Source: Tetramitus jugosus (Eukaryota; Protista; Heterolobosea). From it: a stretch of DNA of 64,000 nt. The notes under the pieces are model-generated. The model was not told the DNA's origin and did no database searches. It saw nothing but the letters and a program-made list of their open reading frames with translations. Position 1 is the stretch's first letter, and the number at the start of each line of letters is the position of its first letter. The stretch spans positions 62,001-126,000 of the forward strand of contig OW569349.1 of assembly GCA_937625935.1 (NCBI GenBank), written 5' to 3'. Of the stretch, positions 1 to 8,860 are shown piece after piece. A program made the position numbers and the translations under genes.

Positions 1-245
1 ATATCTGTCATTTCTAGTCTTTGTTTATTGTGTGTCAGTGTGTCCAACAGAGAGTCATCAATGGTTGCAGGTGATGATGATGATGATGATTGATGAGAAT
101 GGTTGTTATTGTTTTTCTTTCCTCCAGTAGAGGGAGTGAACACTTGTCCGAATAGTTCATTCAAGTATTCGTATTGCTTTTGTGATTTCTTCTTGCTCTC
201 GGCACGTGGTGGTGCAGATGCACTTGTTGTTGCGTTGTGGCTCAT
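1..245 (-). CDS. 5' part of a hypothetical protein running off the window edge (MSHNATTSASAPPRAESKKKSQKQYEYLNELFGQ...)
   Basis: ATG at 245 after an A/C-rich leader; frame is open to base 1; not in the ORF track because there is no stop inside the window. Confidence 0.6.
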   Translation of the reverse strand, partial: MSHNATTSASAPPRAESKKKSQKQYEYLNELFGQVFTPSTGGKKNNNNHSHQSSSSSSPATIDDSLLDTLTHNKQRLEMTD

Positions 246-667
246 TGTCGTGTGTCTTCCTTGGTTGTGTGGAATTTATTTGTGAAATTTCGGAGTAATA
301 TTTCTGGTTCAAGAGAGTGGTTGAACTTTCATTTTTGAGCATTGGAACTCACATGCTCTTGAAGAACTTCATGCTGAAGGAGGTTTACGTTTAAGTACAA
401 ACCACACGAGAAAGGAGACCTCCACCAAGAATATCATCGCACTTAGGCAATGATAGGACGGAGATGAAGAATGTGATGAAGAGTTCCGCTGGCGAAAGAA
501 ACTTTGATCTCGCCTCTCTCCCGAAGGGTTTTTTCACACAGACGTTGACAAGTGTACGGATCCACTCCAGCACGGCTGGCATATTTCACCGATCTTCTAT
601 CGAAAACGAACACATTGTGTAACAAAACACGAGACCTCCCATTCCACACAAAGCAGTAACTCGAGAT

Positions 668-2332
668 ATGAAAGTTTTATGGATGAGGATGCAAGCTTCA
701 AAGTTAAAGAAAATGTATGGAAGGGTATACAGAAGTCTCACCTCGTGCGCGCCTAAAGGTCAAAAATCTACTACTGTTGCTCGTTCAATTCTTCTCCTGT
801 TCTTCTTGGTGTTGTTCCTGTTTGTTATGATTCGGGTTATGGGAAGCAAGAAGAAGGTGCCCATGGTAGCTCACCAAACAATTAATCCTCCCCCAGTCAT
901 CGAACAACAAGCGCCACTCACTGCTCCAATTTCTACTCTGACCACTACTCCTATCGCTACGTCTACCACGTCTTCTACCACGTCTGCTACCTCCACCACG
1001 TCTACTCTTACTCCTACTCCTAATCCTACTATACCGACCACTCCTACTCCTCCTACCACAACAGATAAATCAACGACACCTCCACTTTCTCCTCCTCCAG
1101 TAGCAAGTAAACCTAAACCACAACCAAAGCAGGCAATACACTATATCCTTGGTTCAGAGGTCGCAAACTATGAGAAAAATCACAAAAAGTATCTACTGTA
1201 TGCAACTAAAAACAACTTTAAACAAATTGCATCACTGTATCATGCCATCCTGCAAAGTCGGAGAGAAAAGGAAGGTATTGAGAGTCAGTTACCAATAGAG
1301 GTGTTCCTCTATGGATATAATTTGAATGTGGATCACATTTCTTGGATATCCGTGTGGAAAAACGTATCTTACATTCAAATGAAGGACTCTGAAGTCGTAT
1401 ATCAATATGAAGAAGATTTGGAAAACCAACTGACCACAAAACAAATACACGATATCGTGCTGAGTTGTGCCCAGAGTGATTTTCCTGGAGTGACATTTAC
1501 TAACCCGAGCCCAACAGTTGACTCTATATTGGATATTGAGTCAAAAGATGTGAGTCAGTTATATGAACAAACAATGGCCCAATCTAAAAATTTCCCCAAG
1601 TTCAGTTCGTTGTCTCTACCTATCCAGGAGAAGGTGTTTGCTATTGTAGTATCGATCAAACTTCAGGATCCAATTCATCGGCTGATGGAAACATTATCGC
1701 TTTGGAACAAGTATCCGCTGTGTTCCTCAAGCGCACTATCAGTACCAACAGACATCATTTTCATGTTGGCAGGCAAGGAGAGATCGAAAGATTTAGAGGA
1801 TAAGATCTTGTTGCGCATTCAAAAGTCTCTTCCATGCTTGAATGAAATCTACTTTTATTATCCTACACAGCTGGCGTCCACAGTCAAGGAGATCCTGAGT
1901 CTTCCTCATGTGTACAACAACTATCGATACATATTCCTCACGAACTATCTGGTTGAACCTATTAGGAAAAATTGGTTGCAGCGATTGATCGACTTAAGTT
2001 TTGATGATCCATCACCATTCTGGCGCAAGGGTTCATTGAATAGAGCCAAACAAGGCAATGGAGCTGATGCAGTATCAATAAGTTACCTCGCTTTGCATTC
2101 GACATCATTCGACTATAGGCACTTCCTGATGGATAAGTTTGAAAAAAATAATGATGTTTGGAACTTTGACAAATCTCTCTTCAAGTACATGAGCGAGGAG
2201 AGTGAATTCAAGGATCTCCTCCACAATTTCAAGTATGACGATTATATTATTGATCTGGTTGGTATGACAGAGTATAACATTCCAGAGATCAGAACAGAAA
2301 ATCCCTACACACAATTACTGATTGGAAAGTGA
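668..2332 (+). CDS. Type II membrane protein with Thr/Pro mucin-like stalk and a possible glycosyltransferase-like luminal domain
   Basis: 554 aa ORF; single N-terminal TM (ILLLFFLVLFLFVMIRVM), T/P-rich stalk, globular C-terminus with YIFL...PIRKNWL...FWRKGS. Confidence 0.6.
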   Translation: MKVLWMRMQASKLKKMYGRVYRSLTSCAPKGQKSTTVARSILLLFFLVLFLFVMIRVMGSKKKVPMVAHQTINPPPVIEQQAPLTAPISTLTTTPIATSTTSSTTSATSTTSTLTPTPNPTIPTTPTPPTTTDKSTTPPLSPPPVASKPKPQPKQAIHYILGSEVANYEKNHKKYLLYATKNNFKQIASLYHAILQSRREKEGIESQLPIEVFLYGYNLNVDHISWISVWKNVSYIQMKDSEVVYQYEEDLENQLTTKQIHDIVLSCAQSDFPGVTFTNPSPTVDSILDIESKDVSQLYEQTMAQSKNFPKFSSLSLPIQEKVFAIVVSIKLQDPIHRLMETLSLWNKYPLCSSSALSVPTDIIFMLAGKERSKDLEDKILLRIQKSLPCLNEIYFYYPTQLASTVKEILSLPHVYNNYRYIFLTNYLVEPIRKNWLQRLIDLSFDDPSPFWRKGSLNRAKQGNGADAVSISYLALHSTSFDYRHFLMDKFEKNNDVWNFDKSLFKYMSEESEFKDLLHNFKYDDYIIDLVGMTEYNIPEIRTENPYTQLLIGK

Positions 2333-2369
2333 TTTTACAAGCAGGTAGATGATATGGTGTCTACCAAAT

Positions 2370-3740
2370 CTAATTATTGTTCTTTTGCTCTTCCAAATGC
2401 TCCAATAGCAATTCTCTCAATCTGGAACATGCAAGGTCCATGTCCTCCTTGGATGCAACACTAAATGAGGCACGCACATAAGGAGAAGGAGTATTAGATG
2501 GGGAGAATGCTTGACCAGGCACAAGAAGCACCTTCTTATCACGCGCCTTTTGTTCAATAAACTGCTTTGCATCATCGACACCATTCAACTTGATCCACAG
2601 GAACATGCCGGCACTAGGCGGGAAATATGTGACCAATCCCTTCAAATGTCTATCAACACACTCTATGAACTCATCTCTCTTTGCTCGATACAAATGCTGC
2701 ACTTGCGCGATATGATTGTTCAGACCATCGGTGCCCCACGCAGTGAACAAGTTGTACGCCATCATCTGAGAGATTCCACTGGCATGGAGACAGGATGCTT
2801 GCATGTGAAGATGAATACGGTACATGAGCTCCTTGGGTCCAGTCGCCCAGCCCAATCTCATTCCACTGCTCAACACCTTGCTCAAACTGTCGAAACGAAT
2901 CACTCTTCCATCCATATCCATTGACAAGAAGCTCTCATTACTGTTGCTATTGTCATCCAATGTCAAATAATAGTACGGATCGTCCTCCAAAATCAAAAAG
3001 TCATACTTTCCAGCCAATTCATAAATCTTGCGCTTTCTTTCATTGGTGAGTGTGGCACCAGATGGATTCTGACCTGTAGGAATCGTGTACAAGCACTTGA
3101 TCTTTCCCAATTTTGATCCACTGCTCTTACTGTTTCGCTCTTCCAAAATCTTTTGCAACTCTTCAGGAATAATGCCATGCTCGTCTAATGGAACTTGAAT
3201 CAACTCGCAATTCATGGGGATCAGCGCAGCCAACGCTCCCGAATACGACGGATTCTCAACCAAAATCGCATCTCTCTTACCACTACTTGTCTTGTCATTT
3301 TCAACATTTTCAACATTCTCAGCATTCTCAACATTTTCAACATCATCATTCTCCACATTCAAAATCATTTCAAAGCACTTGGTCAACGCATCTTGAGACC
3401 CCGTAGTTACAATGACAGACTGTTCATGCGTCAATCGATCAATATTATGCTTTAATCGTTGATGATTCATCAACCATCCATGAAACTGTGGAATTCCTTC
3501 AGAATTGCTATACTGCAACGCAGTTTGCATGTCTTGTGAAGACATTGACAAATTCGATCCGTCCTTCATCTTAAATGTACAACTCTCGAACGGAAAGGAT
3601 TGACTGTTGGGTAGTCCACCGGCCAGTGAGATCATACCAGGTAGTCGCATGAGTGGCATGAGACTTCTGATGGCACTTGGTTGACGTCTCAAGCTCAATC
3701 GAGACAAGAATCGATCATAGTTTGTAATGACAGAGGACAT
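2370..3740 (-). CDS. Kynurenine/2-aminoadipate aminotransferase (PLP class I, AADAT/ARO8-like)
   Basis: ISLAGGLPN, YTIPTGQNPSG, ILEDDPYY, DSLSKVLSSGMRLG (PLP lysine), GMFLW, YVRASFS. Confidence 0.92.
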   Translation of the reverse strand: MSSVITNYDRFLSRLSLRRQPSAIRSLMPLMRLPGMISLAGGLPNSQSFPFESCTFKMKDGSNLSMSSQDMQTALQYSNSEGIPQFHGWLMNHQRLKHNIDRLTHEQSVIVTTGSQDALTKCFEMILNVENDDVENVENAENVENVENDKTSSGKRDAILVENPSYSGALAALIPMNCELIQVPLDEHGIIPEELQKILEERNSKSSGSKLGKIKCLYTIPTGQNPSGATLTNERKRKIYELAGKYDFLILEDDPYYYLTLDDNSNSNESFLSMDMDGRVIRFDSLSKVLSSGMRLGWATGPKELMYRIHLHMQASCLHASGISQMMAYNLFTAWGTDGLNNHIAQVQHLYRAKRDEFIECVDRHLKGLVTYFPPSAGMFLWIKLNGVDDAKQFIEQKARDKKVLLVPGQAFSPSNTPSPYVRASFSVASKEDMDLACSRLRELLLEHLEEQKNNN

Positions 3741-3995
3741 TCGAAAATAAAATTGTTGTTGTTATTGTGTTATGGTTGTTATGGTTGTTGTTACAAGGAT
3801 TGCGATCCCAATCGATGTGTTGTTGGTGGCGTGTTTTCTTTGGATTCAAACTGAGAAAAATCTTTTTTGTCAGTTTATCCTGGGGGGTCTCTGTTGCTTG
3901 CATTTGATTGGGCATGTGGACGATGATCGGGGATATTTATGGGTGAGAACAGTATGAGCTTTATTGAATTCCCTCTCTCGGTTATCTCTTGGGGT

Positions 3996-6380
3996 TTAGA
4001 AAAGATTGGCCTTCTTTTTGAGGGCAGAACGTTTCCAACCTGGAGTGGTTGTCCACTTGGCTCTGTCCATGGCAAACACTCTCTGGAAATCTTCGTCACT
4101 CAGATAGTTTTCAACCACGGCAAAGTCAATGCCTTCAGGCAGCTTGGATCGATCTGCAGAGCTCAATAGTTCATAGCTGTAGAATCTCTGAGCAAAAGAG
4201 TCGATTTGATCGAACACCAACTTACAACTGTCAGCAGCGAGTGACAAGCGAGAGAAGTAGTCAAACTTGCTGGCCAAAGCACTGTCCTTCTCAGTCACAG
4301 CGGCCCATCGATCCTTTGACAGTGCACAGAGTTCACTCCATGCACCGAACAAGACACGAACTTCCATTGGTTCATAGAACTCTTCGACAACATAGCTCTT
4401 GCTCTTGTCCACCTTGATGTATGCAGCGTACTTCTCTGCCAGGTTGGCAGAGAACTTCTTCACAGACACGGAGCTCAATTTGCCAACCCAGAGGAACACG
4501 GATCCAAAGATACTGCTGGCATCAATGATGTAGTTCTTCTCACTTTGGAGATTCTCTTGAGAGACAACACATTCAGTACATGTGATCACACCTGTTTCTT
4601 CAGTAATTTCAAACATTCTTGCCTTTGGTTGACTGGTTGAGGAAGTATTGGTAGTAACAACAGATTTGAATTCTCCAGTGAAATACTTGATGAACTCAGT
4701 TGTTTCTGATCCCTGCTTCTCGATTTGAGGCTCGGTTGGAGCTCCCTCAGAATCTGCAAATACATGAGGAGCAAGCTTTTCTGTGATCAACTTGCTACAG
4801 TCAGTAATTTGTTTCTCGGAAGCAGATCTACCAGTCCACAAGTATATCTTGCAATTGGCAACATCGACAAGAACGGAGCAATTGTATCCACACAGATACG
4901 AGGATGAAATATAGTCACACTCTGTTAGATGTGTAACATTGTTAACTGTCGCTGCATTGAACAAAATGATATTTTGTTCTTTCTTTCTTTGTACTCTGTC
5001 ATGATAATAGCCCTTATAGATGATAAAGCCAGATGGATACAATCTTGTAAATGCATCAGGTTCAAGTGTCTGCACAACTCTTACCTGTTTCTCTACTTGA
5101 CCGCCATCTGGAGTGTTCTCGCTATCTTTTCCACTAATCATATCATTGACTTCGACAGCCTTGTAAGCACTGGTACCTCTTTCGGCCTTCTTAATATCTC
5201 TACCCTGCCAGAAATAGATGGTATGACATGGCTTACCATTTTTAATTCTTTGATAAGTGTGTAGTGTAATGTATGCATCCATGGAATAGAAATGGCCAAC
5301 ATCTTCGAACACAACCTTGTCGAATTGTTGAATACGCCACATGCGGGTCTGTTCGTTAAACATTTCCAAACCAGAATGAGCGTCAGCAATGTTCCTCTTT
5401 GGTGGATTCACAAGTGCAGCGATATCAATCTCCTTCTCTTCGGTCTTTGGCTTCACAACTGGTTTGACACTCGTAGACAACTGATCCAAGGTCGAAGCTG
5501 GGAAATCAGAGAACTTTCTCTTAAATAGGACATGCTCTCCGTTCTCAATGATTCGAGTAAAGGTAGTAAAGGATTCGTTTGATGTCTCAGTCTTCTTGTA
5601 CTGGTACATTCCATCAACATGAGCACTTTGAGATCGGTAGTGAGCAATCTTACGACCCATTGTCAAACCCCAGGCTCTAGAGTTTGGATCACTCTTATTT
5701 CCTTGCCAGAAGAAGACTTCGTTCGATGGATAGGTCGATTCGATAATGTAGCAACTATCAGTTTGCAGAATCTTGTGACTTGGTTGAGCCTTGTTCCAAA
5801 CAACTTCGAGCAAGATGTGTTGTTGAATACGCTTAATCCATTCTTCAGATGTCTCAGTTTCGGCAATCTTATGCTTGGCTCTCAAGCTGGATTGTTCTTC
5901 CTCATACTTTAGCAAATCAGAGTTGATTCTGTAGATGTGCATCGATTTATCAACATGGCCACAGTATATGTCATCGTCATTTTGGATCAAATCGTCGTCC
6001 CTTGTGCTGTGTCCACCGATTTGGTTCAAGTGCTTTGCTTGCAACTCGAAGAATTGATTCTCATCAGTGCACCCAAGTTGTTTCCAGAATTGAGGTTGTA
6101 GTCTCTTCTCAGCTTCATTGTGTGGAAGCTTGCCTTGTTCGTAAATTGCAACATTGGCCTGACCACCACGCTCCTTTGCCTTAATCTCCTGAGCAATATC
6201 GAGTGCGAATGCTTTTGTGAACTTGTTAGCATCTGCAAAACTGTATTGGAAGATTTGATGACCCATGTCCAAAACGAATGAACATCGCTTCAAGTGCAGC
6301 ATACTTGTGTAGTGAGTTGGGATGAGAGATGCTCTCTTAATGATTCTACCTCTAACATACAATAACAATGGTTGTTTTCC
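3996..6380 (-). CDS. Gelsolin-repeat protein with C-terminal villin headpiece; probably the 3' half of a coronin-villin fusion
   Basis: Gelsolin repeats (LLYVRGR..CSFVLD, VFFWQG, IYFWQG, IYLWTG, VFLWVG); headpiece ENYLSDEDFQRVFAMDRAKW...WKRSALKKKANLF; no ATG before the first repeat. Confidence 0.88.
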   Translation of the reverse strand, partial: GKQPLLLYVRGRIIKRASLIPTHYTSMLHLKRCSFVLDMGHQIFQYSFADANKFTKAFALDIAQEIKAKERGGQANVAIYEQGKLPHNEAEKRLQPQFWKQLGCTDENQFFELQAKHLNQIGGHSTRDDDLIQNDDDIYCGHVDKSMHIYRINSDLLKYEEEQSSLRAKHKIAETETSEEWIKRIQQHILLEVVWNKAQPSHKILQTDSCYIIESTYPSNEVFFWQGNKSDPNSRAWGLTMGRKIAHYRSQSAHVDGMYQYKKTETSNESFTTFTRIIENGEHVLFKRKFSDFPASTLDQLSTSVKPVVKPKTEEKEIDIAALVNPPKRNIADAHSGLEMFNEQTRMWRIQQFDKVVFEDVGHFYSMDAYITLHTYQRIKNGKPCHTIYFWQGRDIKKAERGTSAYKAVEVNDMISGKDSENTPDGGQVEKQVRVVQTLEPDAFTRLYPSGFIIYKGYYHDRVQRKKEQNIILFNAATVNNVTHLTECDYISSSYLCGYNCSVLVDVANCKIYLWTGRSASEKQITDCSKLITEKLAPHVFADSEGAPTEPQIEKQGSETTEFIKYFTGEFKSVVTTNTSSTSQPKARMFEITEETGVITCTECVVSQENLQSEKNYIIDASSIFGSVFLWVGKLSSVSVKKFSANLAEKYAAYIKVDKSKSYVVEEFYEPMEVRVLFGAWSELCALSKDRWAAVTEKDSALASKFDYFSRLSLAADSCKLVFDQIDSFAQRFYSYELLSSADRSKLPEGIDFAVVENYLSDEDFQRVFAMDRAKWTTTPGWKRSALKKKANLF

Positions 6381-8583
6381 TCAGAACATTCACAACATCA
6401 ATTTCCTTGGCAGCACATGACTTGTCTTCTTCGTGCGCCTTTCTCTTTAGATCCTTCATAGTGACAGAACAGTGTGAGACCAAATCCACGAGTTGAGGAC
6501 TAGCATCTTCCTTTTGAGAAAACTGTGTGGGTGTCTGAGCAGTAGGAGTAGTAGGTGTTGAGAGTGAGGCAAGGTTTTTGACAGGAGTCTTTGCTGCAAC
6601 AACAATCTTCAATTGGTCTGCGAAATTACGAGCCAATACGTTGTCCTTCTTGTCAGCTGCAGACGATAATTTTCTGTTGTTGACATGGACAATTGTCGTC
6701 TTTGGAACTTCAATGAGCTTTCTCTCTACTGATTCAGATCTGGAATGCACATGAGCAAAGAACCGGAGATAAATGATCAATGGTGGGACTGTTGCCAAAA
6801 TATAGTACAAGAATGGAGTTTCTCCAATGAGATAGAACAACAATCCACCAGCGGCCACTGCACCTACAATCTTCAACACAAGCGTAGACTGGAGAGATTT
6901 CTGTATCGTTATTGTGACAATCTCTTCAATCTCATAGTCTGTTGTTGTCATGGTTGTAGTAGTTGTTTGCATGCCACCACTGGTAGTAGAATGGTTTGGC
7001 GTTTTGCTTGATGGGGAAGTGGACAAAGTGGAGCCCACTTGTTTTGTCGGTGTGAGCTCATACTGGGGAATATCTTCGACACTTGGTGTCGCAGTTGGCT
7101 CGGCCAGAGAATCTTCAAATTCTTCATCGTCTTCTGACTCTGGTCTCTCCTTTCCTCCCTCGCTCACAGGGACATCAAAGATGGATGTCTTATTGACTGG
7201 TTTGAGGGACTGAATACCAATCTCACTTTTCTTGAGTCTCTCACTCAATTTGGCATTCTTCCAGTCATCCACACTCACGTTCGACAATGGTTGTCTGTTC
7301 CATGTCTCAGGGAAAATATCCTCGTGGAAGTACTGTGCGATATTCTTGTGCCTGGAAACCTTGAACGATATCACCTTGACAATATTGTCATTGGTCAGCT
7401 TGACGAATCGAGCCATTTCAAACTTGTTCACATCACACATGGTCTTTGGAAGCATGTCCACTGATTTTTGTGGTCTGCTGGCTGCTGATTCACCAGTATC
7501 CGGTGCAAACTCTGTCAAATAGTCGAATTGATTGCTCTCTGGTACGAACTCATAGTATCGAATATTGGCATCACCTTTACCGGCCAAATACATGACAGAA
7601 ATGTCTTCGTCCCAGAACGGAGAGATGACACTCGATATCTGATCAATCGTTGTTCGCTGCAAATAATCCGACTCGCTCTCAATGCTCGCTCCCTTTCGAA
7701 TATCAAACGTGGCAAACTCTCGACTACCATTCTTTGAGAAACCAACACTAAAAATGATCGATTTTTGCTTCTTGTCAATACACTTGACAGTGAACGGCTT
7801 TCCTCCACTGGTATGAACGTTTTGCGTATGGTGAATGGCCTTGTCATTGTTGACTCTCGTGTCCCAGATTCGAATAGATCGATCACTGCACGACGCAGCC
7901 AACAAATAGGGCTGATACGTGAAGAAATCAGTGCTGAGAATCGACAATCCATCATCCAATCGAATATCCTTGACTGTTTGACTCGTTGACTGGTCCCAGA
8001 ACCGAATGAGACCACTCTGAGTCGTCAACAACAAATTTTCAACTCTTGGATGAAAGTACAAGTTGTGAATCAGTCCATACGATTTGCCACTCAACGTATC
8101 ACTCAACACACTCTCTGGTTCATTGATTTTTGTGTACTGTGTCGAGGTGCTCTTGTTTGATTCGATGCGCCACAGTTTGACACATTCATCCGAACTGGTC
8201 GTCGCCAATCGACTCACACTCTTGTCATCTTCAATGATACCATTATTATTATTACTACTGTTATTACTATTGACAAATGGTGAAAATTTGAAATCAGAGA
8301 TATTCTTCTGGTGAGCCATAATCAATTGATTGTCCAAGGATTGACTATCGATTCCACTGGGCCACTTTCCAAAATCATCCAATCTACGATAGGCCAATAC
8401 TCCGCCCACGAGATTGTACGGCAATGCAAAATGAACACCATCCGAGTGAATGTACTCTGATAGAGATTGACCAATGCCTAATTGAATATTTTCGTGTGTG
8501 TGAGATTTGGGCCACAACTCACCGGACATGTGACGAAAGTTGGAGCGACGAACAACGTTGCCGCTTCCTCTGGCTGAAAACAT
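6352..8583 (-). CDS. Coronin-like WD40 protein followed by a two-helix transmembrane hairpin
   Basis: VVRRSNFRH coronin N-terminus, WD repeats, PFWDED..MYLAGKGDANIRYYE, CDVNKFEMARF, FHEDIFPET; hydrophobic hairpin near aa 570-610. Confidence 0.88.
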   Translation of the reverse strand: MFSARGSGNVVRRSNFRHMSGELWPKSHTHENIQLGIGQSLSEYIHSDGVHFALPYNLVGGVLAYRRLDDFGKWPSGIDSQSLDNQLIMAHQKNISDFKFSPFVNSNNSSNNNNGIIEDDKSVSRLATTSSDECVKLWRIESNKSTSTQYTKINEPESVLSDTLSGKSYGLIHNLYFHPRVENLLLTTQSGLIRFWDQSTSQTVKDIRLDDGLSILSTDFFTYQPYLLAASCSDRSIRIWDTRVNNDKAIHHTQNVHTSGGKPFTVKCIDKKQKSIIFSVGFSKNGSREFATFDIRKGASIESESDYLQRTTIDQISSVISPFWDEDISVMYLAGKGDANIRYYEFVPESNQFDYLTEFAPDTGESAASRPQKSVDMLPKTMCDVNKFEMARFVKLTNDNIVKVISFKVSRHKNIAQYFHEDIFPETWNRQPLSNVSVDDWKNAKLSERLKKSEIGIQSLKPVNKTSIFDVPVSEGGKERPESEDDEEFEDSLAEPTATPSVEDIPQYELTPTKQVGSTLSTSPSSKTPNHSTTSGGMQTTTTTMTTTDYEIEEIVTITIQKSLQSTLVLKIVGAVAAGGLLFYLIGETPFLYYILATVPPLIIYLRFFAHVHSRSESVERKLIEVPKTTIVHVNNRKLSSAADKKDNVLARNFADQLKIVVAAKTPVKNLASLSTPTTPTAQTPTQFSQKEDASPQLVDLVSHCSVTMKDLKRKAHEEDKSCAAKEIDVVNVLRKTTIVIVC

Positions 8584-8860
8584 GGTGTGATGCTGGCTAG
8601 ATGTTGTTGGTTTGTGTTTGTTTTTTGTTGTGTTGTCGTGTCTGGAGACGGATGAGTAGGATAATTTTGGTGGTGGAAGCTTACGTCATTGTCATTTGGC
8701 CGTAAATTCAATTGATGCTGATGTTGATTCACCCATGCACAATTCCACCAAAAGGTAAGAGACATGTGACATACGACATTTGATGGGCGAATGTCGGATA
8801 AAAAGTAAAGGAAATGAAAGTGGTATTTTATTGGATCTTTGCGGCAGTCGCAAGAAAAGT

